64,000 bases of DNA from Octopus sinensis (Eukaryota): assembly GCF_006345805.1 (NCBI RefSeq), contig NW_021832590.1:124001-188000 (forward strand). The letters are read 5' to 3'. The position numbers and the translations under genes were made by a program. The notes under the pieces were generated by a model. It made no database searches and had not been told where the DNA came from. It saw only the letters and a list, made by a program, of their open reading frames with translations. Numbering within the stretch: the stretch's first letter is position 1; each line of letters begins with the position of its first letter. Shown here in pieces: positions 26,805 to 39,500 of this stretch.

Positions 26805-27300
26805 CAGTGGGGCAAATAAGTCATGGCACACCTATCATTTTTTTTAATTCAATATATTTTTACAATGATAACTTTTTCGATTTAGTTCATCATGCTACAC
26901 AATAAAATCTTGCATTCTTTTGAACCCATTTCGTGCTAATTATATTCATGAATTTTAAATAAATATAATTGTTTTTGCTTCATATTTAGATGTATTTATC
27001 ATTACGAGACTGGAAGTATTAATTGATATCCTTCGGTATTTAAGTGCTGACGCTTCCACATAAACATCAATATTTTAGACAAAGTCTATTGATATTCGTG
27101 ATCCAAGAATAATTGAACAGAATGTATCTAAATTAGCATCTATTGATTTAAAGATTTCAACTGGATGGATAACCGTTGAAGGTATATATACTGCAAAAGG
27201 TTAAAAAATATTTGTCGATTGTCAAAAGTTTTATAAAAAATGAAAATCCAATTCTTGTTGGAGACTTAAAAGCGAAGCATACTGGCTATGGGTGCGTGAA
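26805..27300 (+). mobile_element. Tc1/pogo-type left terminus plus transposase remnant
   Basis: TA followed by CAGTGGGGCAAATAAGT, and downstream LKISTGWI (resembles FKASNGW). No right TIR was found. Confidence 0.45.
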
Positions 27301-27619
27301 GTCAAATCAGAATGTAAATTTTGAGATCAAAAAATCATCAAATTTTAACGTCTGAAGAGTTGTTTATTGTTTCAAATGTCTCAAGTGGTTTGTGTGATTC
27401 GCCTTATGTTGAAAATGATGTGGTGAGTGACCATCTTCCCGATAAAATTACTAACGGAACAGTTTTCACTAAGTATATATTTCTTGGTTATTATATCAGC
27501 AACTTTGATTTGAATTATTTCAATTTTTGTATGTCTATAAGTTTACGACAAAGTTCGGAACATCATTACGCTGATCGAAATTGGGATTACTTCTCAACAA
27601 TCTTTGAAGCATGTGGAAG

Positions 27620-27960
27620 TTAAGAAATTACATAAATACGACCTTTTGGCAAGCGAATTGAGGTTAATCCATAATGCAAAGGTGAATGTCGTACCGTTGG
27701 TTCTCACGTGGGATGAAATAACATCCAAATTCTATAAGCACTACTAGAACTCCTTAAAAGTCCATAAATCTACGCGAGCTTATGTCTAGTCAATCGTGAT
27801 CAAGAGAACATTGGAAAGCATGCGCCCGGAGTTTAAACTCCTCTCTACAGCAGCGAGGCATGCAATTAAATCAGACTCAAGAACAACATCGAGAACAGCC
27901 ATATAAAATGGATAAGTGTACCCGTCGGAGACATTTGCTCGGGCTCAAAGAGGAGGAGAA
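27620..27960 (+). mobile_element. R4-like REL retrotransposon 3' end
   Basis: EVKKLHKYDLLASEL...VVPLVLTWD...KRTLES. Confidence 0.8.
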
Positions 27961-27999
27961 TTGACTGAAAGCAGACGCAATAATTAAAAATCAATTTTA

Positions 28000-29214
28000 T
28001 CTGGACTTTTCAAATAAATGAAGTTTTATGTCTATAAAATTGGCAAATACTCAAAAATTGAAAATACTAAATCTTGATGAGATTAATTATTTAGATGAAA
28101 GAATGAAAAATATTATTCTAAGTTACCTGGAGGGCTATGGAAAAAAAGGTTTCTCTAACGGGATAGAATTATTTGTATCAATGATGATATTCTTAATCAA
28201 GTTGTTTCGGACATAAAGAATTCTTCCATCAAAATTTCAATCCAGTTGGATGAGTCCACTGATGTTGATAATTGCAGTCAACTAATTGCTTTTGTTTGTT
28301 ATGCGCAAGAAAATTTAATTGCTGAAAAGTTTCTTTTTTGTAAACCTCTCGAAAAAGAAGCCTCTGCAAAAAATGTTTTCCATATACTTGAGACTTTTTT
28401 TAATGAACGTGATATTCCATTGGAAATTATCGGATCAGTTTGCACGGACGGTGCTTTAGTTATGCTGGGAAACAGGTCGGACTTTCCAGCCCTTTTAAGA
28501 AAACATGTTCCATATGTAAAAGTTACTCACTGTATTCTTAATCGACATGCACTCGTATCAAAGTCTTTGCCTATTAAGTTGAAAAATGTTTTAAATTCAT
28601 GCGTCAACATTGTGAATTTTATTCGAGGAAGAGCTTTCAATCATAGATTATTCAAAGCATTATGTATTGATTATGATGCTGACGCCACTGTTCTTTTGTA
28701 TCATATTGGCTTTCAAGAGGTCATGGCTTTCAAGAGGTCGTGTATCGAAGATTCTGATACCTGGATCGTTAATCCATTTGTTTTCAAAATGGAAAAGATG
28801 GATGATAGAAACGAAGATAAAAACGATTTGATTCAATTGCAAGCATCAACATCACTGAAAATGTTGTACGACTTAAATTCTTTGAAGATTTTTTTGTGCA
28901 GTTTGCAAGCAGGGTTCCCGAAACTTGCAAAGAAAGCACTGGAAGTTCTGATATCATTTGCAACGACTTGGCTATGTGAATCTGGAGTTTCATCTCTATT
29001 ATATATAAAAAATAAGAACAGAACTCTTTTAGCCCTGAAAACGATCTCAGAATTGCACTAGCAAACAAAAAATCGCGTTTCGAAGAATTAATTAAGACTA
29101 AAAGGAAAGAAAAATCCCAAGGAACCTAGATATTTTTTTAATGATTTTTTTCATGAAATTCTCTGTTAGATTTAAAAACGGGGGTGCGAACTCAAAACAA
29201 ATCGGGAAGCACTG
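28000..29214 (+). mobile_element. hAT (Buster/ZBED8-like) element, internally deleted, right terminus present
   Basis: QLDESTDV...FLFCKPL...CTDGA...HCILNRHAL...FATTWLCESG. The terminus GGGAAGCACTG is followed by TTCTAGAG, which fits the NNNTANNN target pattern. Confidence 0.85.
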
Positions 29215-29429
29215 TTCTAGAGATTGTTCAAATACTTTTGTGAAACATTCTAGCGAGTTTTCGAATTGAATGCTTTTTTTAAGAGAAGTTTAGCAATTTC
29301 AAATTTGTATCGTAGTTTAAAATCATAAAAGGTAAAGGTAAAAGGAAAAAAATAAACAAAAATCCGAACATGATTAAAAATTAATTGTAATTTATTTTAT
29401 TTAACCGCCAAGGCCACGGTAAAAATCAA

Positions 29430-30070
29430 ACAAACGTCACGTGATCCCGATGCACTCAACCAGAAACCTTATCCTCGCTCAGTGATCCTTCAAAGAGCTC
29501 ACAAAGGATCGCACTGCGCGGCAGGCCGTTTTTGACGGGGCATTTGCAGGCGGACAGAGGTTCAGCTTGATAAGGTTCTCAAGAGGAGCTGGGCCGGAGC
29601 GTTCGTTATCGTGTAACCAACAATCGGTTAATCTGTGGGCCCTTTTTTGGGCCTCCTCGATTCGCCTCCTGTTGGACCACCATAACCGCGGACCCCATGA
29701 TCCGCAGGCGTAGGCAATTGACAGTTCGAAGTATTGACTGTAGATATTCGCCAGTACCGGGTGCGACCCGTTTTTCCATATGCCGGATTCTAAGGATGTA
29801 CAATTTTTTTGCATTTTCGAATGAAATTGTCTGCGTGCGGGGAGAAGCAGAGATGCATGTCGAGGGTTACCCCTAGGACCGTCTGACTCCTGTAGAAGGG
29901 TACGGACACGTTCTTCAGCTTTAAGTCGACTGAAGTTCTTTCCAATCTTTTTTCGGAAGTGAAAAGGGACGTGGCGGACTTGCCGCGTCCGTCAGCCATA
30001 AGTTCAGCCGATCCAAGTTAGCTTGGAGCCTTTTAGAGGCCTTCTAGATATCCCGGTCCCAACATGAACT
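29430..30070 (-). mobile_element. Jockey/I-like LINE RT C-terminal fragment
   Basis: VPFYRSQTVLGVTLDMHLCFSPH, the LG-x-x-D-x-x-L-x-F-x-x-H motif; related to 46100-46700. Confidence 0.7.
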
Positions 30071-30329
30071 GTTCTTTACTTAAAAATAAAGTGTGTGTCT
30101 CGTCTGTGACTATAAATTACTATGGCTCCTGTCGAAACTCGCGTGTGTCATTTCTCTTCAGAGAGATCAGACGTCCGAGCTTATAGAGGAAAGTCAAAGA
30201 CTTTTCCCCAATGACCCCCGAAGTCTCGCTCATTGTGGTTCGCAGATGATGATTATGACTCATTTGTGGTTTTTTATTTAATTAAAATATGAATGAAAAT
30301 TGAATAAATCAAGGTAAAAACAGATAGTT

Positions 30330-30830
30330 AAACAGCGAGTACCTCCAAAGACACAACAAAACTGTAATGTGCATCCATCTACATTTTTGCCGAGCCTACG
30401 GTATTTAAAGTGGAAGAAGGATAGAGGCTCACTCGGCTCAGTTTATAATATCGACGGAAAATGTTGAAATCCGAGCTGATATGTCAATTATGACAGAGAC
30501 AAGATTCCAATACAACAAACCTAATATTTTTATCTAAGAAAATAATCAAAGTGGGCATCACATCGCAAGACCGCCTCCGAAAAGCAAATGAAAATTCGAT
30601 ACTCTATTAAGCCCAGATGAAAACTATTCCGGTATGTTTTGACGTAGGACGAAGTTGTCTCGAAATGATTTAAATATTACATGAATAAAATAACCATTAA
30701 AAAAGCAACAAGAACATACATCCAATCCGTTTTATTAAAAATAACTCTCAAAAATATGTTAATTGAACACAAGCATTAGATGAGGGTGTCTGGTAAAAAT
30801 ACGCCTTCGCTACCGACCAACTTCTGGAAC
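30330..30830 (+). mobile_element. R4-like REL retrotransposon fragment
   Basis: EIRADMSIMTETRFQYNKPNIF and VGITSQDRL motifs in broken frames. Confidence 0.65.
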
Positions 30831-31095
30831 TGGCATACTATCGGAACACGACTATAGGACATATAACAACTTTGTCTGACAAAAAGATAGAGAGCGAGGA
30901 GAGCGAGGGACAAGCAGCTATTCTCCCCCTAAAAAGAGAAGAATGATTTCCAACAATAAGGAGTGAAATTAAAACCTTATTTTTTGTTTGACTAATATTT
31001 TTTTTAAACAATTTTAATAAAATAATGGTCAACCAACATTATTGAATAGATAATATCGAACGTAAGGTTGTTAGGCATCGCTTAGTTCGATTTTC

Positions 31096-32432
31096 ATGTT
31101 GAATGATGACCCAAGCCAAAATTCATCCTTACTTGAGAACGAAATACCCAAAGTGATTCCTGGAGGGTATTTTTGGGAGCTTTTCATGCCAGAAATATCT
31201 CCATTTTATCAAGATCAGTACAGTTGCAGTATCTGGTATGCTAATAAATTACTCGATTATATATATTTATTAATTAGTAAATAATATTATTTTAATTATA
31301 TTTTTTTTTAATAAAATTTTTTATTTTAGTTATCTTGTTTTGCGTGACCCGTACAAATGTCAGAACAATCATCTATTTTGCAAGTCATGCCTACATAACT
31401 GGATCATGACCGACAACAAGCGAAGCCTTGAATGTCCGGTCTGCCGAGATGTTGGTCCGTTCCTCGAAGACTCCAAAATCAAGTCAGAACTCGAGAATCA
31501 CCCCACAGCATGTATGGCCAATGAATGTCCTTGGGTGGGGAAACTGTCAGGTTGAACTTTCTCAGTGCCTAAAGTCCGCAGAATACGGCTTACACAACCA
31601 TGGAAGGATTGAAGCAGAAGGAAGACAAGTCCCTGACTTATCAAAGACCATAAACCACGAAAGACTCAAAAAAGAAAGGGCGGACGACTTTATAACCGAG
31701 GACCGGATTGTGTCAATGATGTCAGTGATATATGCGGATATAGAACACCGTCGGCGTAGAATAGAAAATATAAGATTAGGGAGAAATGACTACACTAATG
31801 ACCAATTGGGAGACATTCAACTCCTTCATGACCGTTTGTTGTCCCTCAGACGAAATATTGATACATTTTTTGGGCAGAGTGACAGTTACCCACTCTGGAC
31901 TAGAATTACTCATGTTCCCAGTAATTCAGAGGTGTCGAGTGGGCCTGCTTCTGAAGTTGAGGCTTACGAGCCTGTGGAATTTGTGCATGCTTCTCCTGAG
32001 TTTAGTGAGGTTGGGGATCGTGGGGATATGAGCTCGTTGGGTGATGTGCCTTCTTTTTCGAGCGAATTTGAGTTATCCGATGGTAATTCTGATATTCTTG
32101 CGGAGACGGAAATGGCGGATTTGATTTACAGATCTCCGAGTTCTTTGGATTGCAATTTGGATGAGATAAATGTGCCTGGGAATGAGGAAGCTTTGGAGAA
32201 TGTAGAGAAGGTCACTCCGACAGTTCAAACAAGTATTCCGAGGCCGATTTCCTCGGTTTCTGAATCAATGGCTACGAGGAGTCAACGTTCGCAGGCGATA
32301 TCTCCGAGTTCTGCGTTGTCTTCTAATTCAACTGCCGCTTCTCGACTTCGATATAACTATTTGTCAAGACGCTTTAATTTTGGAAGTCGAGAAAGTGAAC
32401 CTGCAGATACAAAGAGGAGGAAACTTCATTAA
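31096..32432 (+). CDS. RING-HC (TRAF/RNF41/RNF151-like) protein with a long acidic, serine-rich tail; 2 introns
   Basis: YSCSIC|YLVLRDPYKCQNNHLFCKSCL...CPVCR, then C-x-x-x-ECPWVGKLS|EY. Introns are about 100 nt and 31 nt; the tail ends TKRRKLH. Confidence 0.85.
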
Positions 32433-32479
32433 TCCTAAGTTTACTAATTGTTGCTGATTCACGAATATTAAATTTGACT

Positions 32480-33450
32480 TTGTTTATGTGGCATATCAGG
32501 TAATTCTGACTTGAGGAATGCAAATATTAATTCTATATTTAATAAATGCCAATTCTATTTTAATAAGAATTCAGTTCATCAGTGATTTCTCTTCTTCGCT
32601 TGGTTGATGAATTTGCCACAAACTTATTTTCATTTTCCATTTCTGCGTCAAGGTTTTCGTTCAGCTGAGTGTCCTCGCGACATGACTGCTCCGCAAATTG
32701 ATTAGTGGCAGATACGTGCGCTTCGTTGTCTACTTTCACTTTGTTTCTTTGTTCAATTCAGAATACCTTCCAGTGTTCTCTTTAGCACAATTGACTGGAT
32801 GTATGTCTTAGTTTTTTCTTCAATCGATAACTTATCCATATGACTTTTAAAGATCTTTGTGACAATTCCATCTCATGTCAATACAATTGGAATAATCTTT
32901 ACTTTTTCTTCATAGAGGACCGAATCCAGTTCGTCACTGATTTCTTTTCTTCGCTTGGAAGAAGAGTTTGCCACAAACTTATTTTCATTTTCCATTTCTG
33001 TCTTAAGTTTTTTTCAGCTGTGTGTCCCCGTGAAAATGATTTAAGGCGGATACGTGCGCTTCGTTGTCTACTTTCATTCTGTGCCTGTGTTCAATGAGCA
33101 TTCTCTCAAGCGTCCTTTTCAGTTTGACTAAGCTAAGATCAGTCGACTGGATGAATGTCCTAGTTCTTTCTTCAATCGATAACTTATTTATCCATATGAC
33201 TTTTAAAGATCTATTGTGAAATTTTTCCACTTCAACTTGGTTTAAAAGATCTTGTGAGGTACTGCCCACTTTGATTAAATTTATTTCTTTTTTTCCTCTT
33301 TTTATACACAAAAATGTCAGTTTTATTGAATTGGACTTTCGTTTCAGTCATAAATGACGTGTCAACTCTGATTTCGACATTTTGGGTTGACATTATTGAC
33401 ACAACCCAATTTCCTTTCAATTGTCTGGTTTGTCTAATTCCAATATATTC
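32480..33450 (-). mobile_element. R4-like REL retrotransposon 3' fragments, tandemly duplicated
   Basis: EIRVDT...KTDIFVYKK...IKVGSTSQDLL...KRTLE. 32560-32860 and 32930-33220 are near copies of each other. Confidence 0.75.
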
Positions 33451-33859
33451 GACGTAGCTGAAGATGGATAGACTTTAGCACTTCATTATGTCTTCTGAGA
33501 TTTATCACAATATTATAAGTACAACAATTAAATTACATTGATTTTATTCTTTTATCGATAATTTAGTTTGTAAGTTATCTATTAGCGTCTTTGGAGATAT
33601 AAGAATGTGCATGCATTTTTGCTTATAAATTTTTGTTACTTTTGTTTAGGACATTATTTCTAATGTTTTCAAACAAGACATCTTCTATAAAAATGCTTCT
33701 AAATACGAGAAATCACTAAATTCGTTATGAACGTAGTAAAGATGGAGAAATTTATTTGAATAGAGTTATACGAGTAAAGTAACACGACGAGTCTTTAACT
33801 GCGATACCAGTTAAGTAAGTAAACGTAGAGCATATACCTCGTGTCGAAATCCTAAACTA

Positions 33860-34130
33860 ATTAATAGTCTTCAGATACCAGTCGTGTAATCCTGATGGTG
33901 TTTATTATAAATATGCAAATTTGGGTATATGTATCCATCAATTCTACGCTTTTCATTTTAAGTTGATTGTAAGTGTCACGAGACCTCTGCGCAACTCTAC
34001 GTTTATGACCAACTCTTACAATTATTTGGACTCGCGTCTCTTCCAGTAAACTGCATAAAGATAGTTTAGTCAAATCATTTCCAGTTATTAAACGTTGTAA
34101 AGACCTCACGTTGTATTTTATTGCGGCCCT
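33860..34130 (-). mobile_element. RTE-like APE endonuclease fragment
   Basis: YNVRSL...LEETR motif. Confidence 0.5.
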
Positions 34131-36508
34131 CCTATTTGATTAGCTAAGATAGTCTACCTTCTCCTCTCAGCAATCTTGCACTTAACTCTGTCAATTTAAA
34201 ACCTAAAAACTACTTTTTCATTTCTTCCTGAATTTCATATTTATTTTTAGGAAGAATTTCCGAACTTTGAACAAATTCCGAAACCAGACACTGACTTGGA
34301 TTAGATTCGGAACCTGGGAAACTGTTTTTCCCTCTCAGAACTCCATTTTCAAACGTCTGTAATATTTCCTCAATGCAAGTCTGCATGACAGTAGACTTGT
34401 TAGATTGAAAACTATTCGTATACATAAAAATTAACGTCAGCCTGAATATCATTGGGTCTTATTTTTATTTAAATACGTGTATTTTTCATAGAAAATACAC
34501 ATTCCGATCACTTATTATTACATTTAATATAATGCTTGTAGAATTTCTTGACTTGCAGCTGTTTTGACATTTTATAAGATGCAATTTCTACCTAAATTAA
34601 TTTTTTCATTTTTTGTTTGATCAAAAAATATCTGGCATGTCGCTTTTTATTTCAATATTTGTTTTTAGTGTTTCTTTATTAAACATTATTATTTGATGTT
34701 AAAAAATATTTTAAAAATATCATTAATTATGTTGAGATAATTCTTGATTTGTATGGTTTTCGTGAATTAGACATAACCAGCAATACTGGTGGAATTTCTT
34801 ACAAATCTAATTTTTAATAAGATGTTTACGTTATTTATGCTGTGATTTTTTGTTTTTAAAATCCCATTCTTAAATTCAATTTTACAATCACATTTGTAAA
34901 AGGCTTCAATATATAGAAAGTCTATGGCCGGTTTTCACCTGTAATTCTATCGATACAAACAAAAATTGTACGAACTCTGGTTTTTATAACTTTGAGTTAT
35001 TTGCTAAATAACAAAATAAGGTAAACTGTTGATTATTATCATGCAAAATTTTTGTTTGGTTATGAACTAATTTGTGTAATTATTTCAAGACACAGATACA
35101 ATACAAATTTAAGATCAATCGATGAATTAAAAATGGGAAAACTCTTACACTTGCAAGTTGACGATTTATTTTTGAATTTAGGCTACTTTTCTTAGGTGAT
35201 TCAGTTGTAATACCGGCTTAGTTCATTTTAAATGTGAACAGAGTAGAAAAAAGTTTTTGTTGTTATAAATCAAAATTTGGGACACATTGACCTTTCAAGT
35301 TGAGCAGAATGGAGACGTTCTTACAGAAATTTAGATTTCCCAAACGACGAACGGCAAATTAGATTCATAAATCAATATGCAAGTTGCATTGGGTTTTTAT
35401 GTGCGAAAAAAACACTCAATAAAAGAAAGAAATTCTGAAAAAAGAAAAAAGTTAGTATTGTGGGTGATACAAGAAACCTAGAAATTAATATAGAAAAAAA
35501 TGAACAAATAGACTTAAAAAAACATTTCCAAAAACAATCCATTTACATAAAAAAATTATGGCGATGGCTTTATAAAGAGAATACTTGGTTTTTCAATTGG
35601 TGGAATTTATTCTATAAAATCAGGGCTTTGGTTCCCGATTCCTCTAGTCTCAGCGGATTTATATGTTTTTTTACAAAAATAGACAAAAAAGAAACCATCG
35701 CGTAGATTTAAATTACTTAAAAAGGTCACGATATTTGGAATAAAAACTTCTCTTGCAATTAAATAAATGAATTTTTTATAAAACGAAGAAGCCAAAAAAG
35801 AGAGAGATAGTTAATGAGACCACGTATATGCCTCTTCTCCGTTGTTTCCCTCTTTTTTATGTTTAATTAGAAATTCGAGAGGAAAAGGCTCTCTCAAGAA
35901 TACTTCCAACCGTTTCCGTTGCGTCTTTCATCTTTTGAGAGATGGGTTGGTCCAGCTGGAGTCCATTTGCCAATTTGATGGCATATCGTCTCGTCTTCTA
36001 GAGCTTAGCGATAATGCCATCCCTCTCAGCAGTAGGGTACCATCCCTCGAACCCGTAGGTAAACAATGATTCGACGCACGTTTTATAAGCATATAAAAAA
36101 GTTTCCGGACAAAGGTGAAAGTGAATTTGAGCGCATTTCCTTCTCCTTGAGTCGATGTATCTGAAGTAAGAACTCTTGGATCCAACTTCAACCCCAAGGT
36201 ATTTCAGGTTCTCCGTTACTGTAAACCCATAAAGATTTCTCGACGATTTTCGTTTAGCTCCCTGTTTTGCAATCCAAGTGGCGATGCACTTTTCTTTTGC
36301 GAGCGTCAGTCCTTTTGATATGCACCACTCTTCCACTCTTGTCACGTATCCTTTTAATTTCCTCCACGAGATGTCTTTTCTCCACGAAGCATCCGTTATT
36401 AGTATGTCGTCCGCGTAGCACATGAGACGACTTGTTGGATCTTTCGGTTTTTGAATATCAGCAACATAAATATTAAAAAGCAGAGGGCTCAAGACCGAGC
36501 CTTGAGGT

Positions 36509-39500
36509 CAGTGTTCCCTCTAAGCGAGTGGTAGCTATGCGCGCTGGGCACATTGCATTGTGCAGCGTCATAAAGTGACGTGTGCAAAAAATTTTGGGGG
36601 GGGGGAAAATTTTACAATTAAAAAACCAATGGTTAAAAAAATAGGTCTAGTAAATTGGATATTCTCTTCTGTTTTTATTTTGTATCCAAAATTTGTATAC
36701 TCGATCAAGATCCACTGTATTCCCACTTGTTAAATAGAACTTGATTCGCATGATCATCTCCAAATGGTCAATCTCAAGTCTATTACGTAGTTTAGTTTTG
36801 ATACAGTTCATCAAACTAAATCCACGTTCAGCATCAGCACTCGACGCTTGAAATGTGCCACAAATATCCACAAATGTTGCAGTGGCTGAAAATTTTTTCT
36901 CCGCTAGTATATAGTAAATTACATCTTCAAATGTTTTCAAAGCACCAGAGTGCAGTTTTTCTTTTAAAATAAACTTGAGATCTGTATATTCCGACTGCAG
37001 TTTTATGAGTGGGACTTCTGAAGAGAGTAAATTTTCATATTTTTTCGCTAATTTAATTATCTCCTCTTTTCCAAATTCAAAGTTTGTCTGATTTTGAATT
37101 GCTTGAGTGTCAAATGCTACCCATTCTCTTAATTCGTCAGCTGGAAATCTTTCTTGTAAATGCAGATAAACATGCTGATAAAGCATAGGATTTCATCTGT
37201 ATTTGTATCTCCATAACCAGTTGTTGATAACAACATCTTCACACTGTCACTCCAGTAAATTTCATTTCCATCCAAATATTGAGATTTCAGCTTCGAAATT
37301 TTTGCTCTGGCAAACTGTACAGCTTCTATGGTCGATATACAGCTTCTTTGGAAAACTGTGCACAAATCTGCTAATTCAGCCAAAATTTCATTTAAGACAG
37401 TTAAAGCAACATGAATAAGAGGATTTTGAAGTTGTTTTAAGCAATATTTGCAATCGGATCATTATCATCTTCAACCTGTTTCTTGAAATATTCAATTAAA
37501 ATTGTGTAGTTTTTTATCAAAGCTTTAACAGCAAAATGCCGAGACATCCATCTCACTTCATTTAGTGGCTTAAATGAAACGACATCTTCAACAACAACAT
37601 TAGCCAGGTCCTGAAATGCAGCTTTTTTTTATACTTGATCGACTGAAAACAGTATAAACAGTCCGGAGTAATATTTCAATATTTTTCACAAGATTATTTT
37701 TTTTCCATGCATCATCGATCCCTAGATCTTGTCTGTGAACGACGCAATGTTGTTCAGTAAGATGAGGAACCTCAGCACGGATCAGTGATGCCACGCCATT
37801 TCTTCTCCCTAGCATAACGGATGCCCCATCTGATGTAAACATTACCATCTTTTGAAAATCAAGATTGTTTGTCATGTAGAATTTCTTGATTGCAATGAAA
37901 ATAGATTTACTGTCACAACTTGTAAGTTTCATTATGCTAGCAAAAACTGTTTTGTGATAATTTGTCCCCGTAGGACGATATTTAATATATATACAGTCCG
38001 ACCCCAAAATGGGGCAGACCCCAGGGGTGGGGCACCCTCGGATTTTGGGGCACCCCCGCAATTTGGGGCACTTTATTCCAAAAGTACATTTTGGCAGAAA
38101 AAAAATAAAAATCGATAAAAAATTATGGAATTTTTGGGGCACCATAAAATCATTTATAAGGAATTAAAATATAAAATAAAATTATAATAAATTAATTATT
38201 TTTGTTTTATTTTCAATTTATATTTTTATTGTTGTGGTTATGGATTACGAAACTAAATTGAAGATTGCTAAAGAAATTTTGAAGAAAAATTTATCTGAGA
38301 GGCAACTAATGAAAAAGTACAACACAAGTAAAGGAACAATATCAAGAATAAAACGAAATATTGTACCTTTCTTGCAACACGGCAATACTATTTCTGAGGA
38401 ATATGACACATTTAAAGCCGATAAAGATAAATTTGATGATCAAGTCTTTGAAATATTTCAAAGACTACGCGTAGATAAAATTCCGATTTCAGGCCCTATT
38501 TTGAAAAAAATTGCCTTAGTTACAGCTTCAAAAATTGGATTTACTTCTTTTAAGCTTCCAATGGGTGGCTTGATAGATTTAAATTGCGGCATGAACTTCA
38601 ATTCAAGTCAATATGTGGTGAAAAAGCTTCATGTGATTTATCTTATGTGAAAAATTATTTTGAAAAATATGACCAGAAAGTATTAAAATATGGACCTGAG
38701 AATATATTTAATTGTGATGAAACTGCGCTTTTTATAAAAAGAACTCCTCAAAAATCATTTGTTGAACAAGGCGAACCGTGTTTGGTTATAAACAAGGGAA
38801 AAAGACTCACTGTTCTTCTATGCTGCAGTTTAATCGGGGAAAAACTTATCCATTGATTATTGGAAAATATAAAAAACCTCGGTGTCTAAAAAATTTTGAT
38901 GTTCAAGATTTTGGGTTATTGTATTCATCTTCTCAAAATGCATGGATGACTGGAAAGACTTTTATGAGTTGGCTTACACTTATAAATGAATCGTTTTGCA
39001 AAAACAACAGAAAAATATTATTAATACTTGACAATGCGGGATGCCATAAAACTGCCGAATGTTCGAACATCGAATTTTTATTTTTGCCGAAAAATACAAC
39101 GCCCTATTTACAACCTTTGGATATGGGAATAATCAAGATTTTTAAAGATTATTATTCCTCTTTCTTAATGGAATTTTTATGTTTTCAAGATTTCGAAAAC
39201 GATTTTACACATTCTATTGGTAAATTAAATTTGCGTCAGGTTATGATGCTAATTTCAAAAGGATGGGAGAAAATAGATGCTAAAAGTATTGTTAATTGTT
39301 GGAAGAAAATCGACAGGAACCGTGATTCTATGCAACAAAAAACTGTCTAACAGATGAACATTTAGATCAAGTTGTTAACGAAACAATTGATGGAGAATGC
39401 GAAGACATGAACAATAATGTTTATGATACATATTCAGAAACCGAAAATAGTGAAAATGTCGTAGCAAAAACAAAAGATCTGCTTAACAATTTAGAAGAAA

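Noticed and set aside
34450-35800. AT-rich stretch with short ORFs (e.g. 35460-35705)
   Set aside because: No motif or splice pattern I can support; probably old TE debris.
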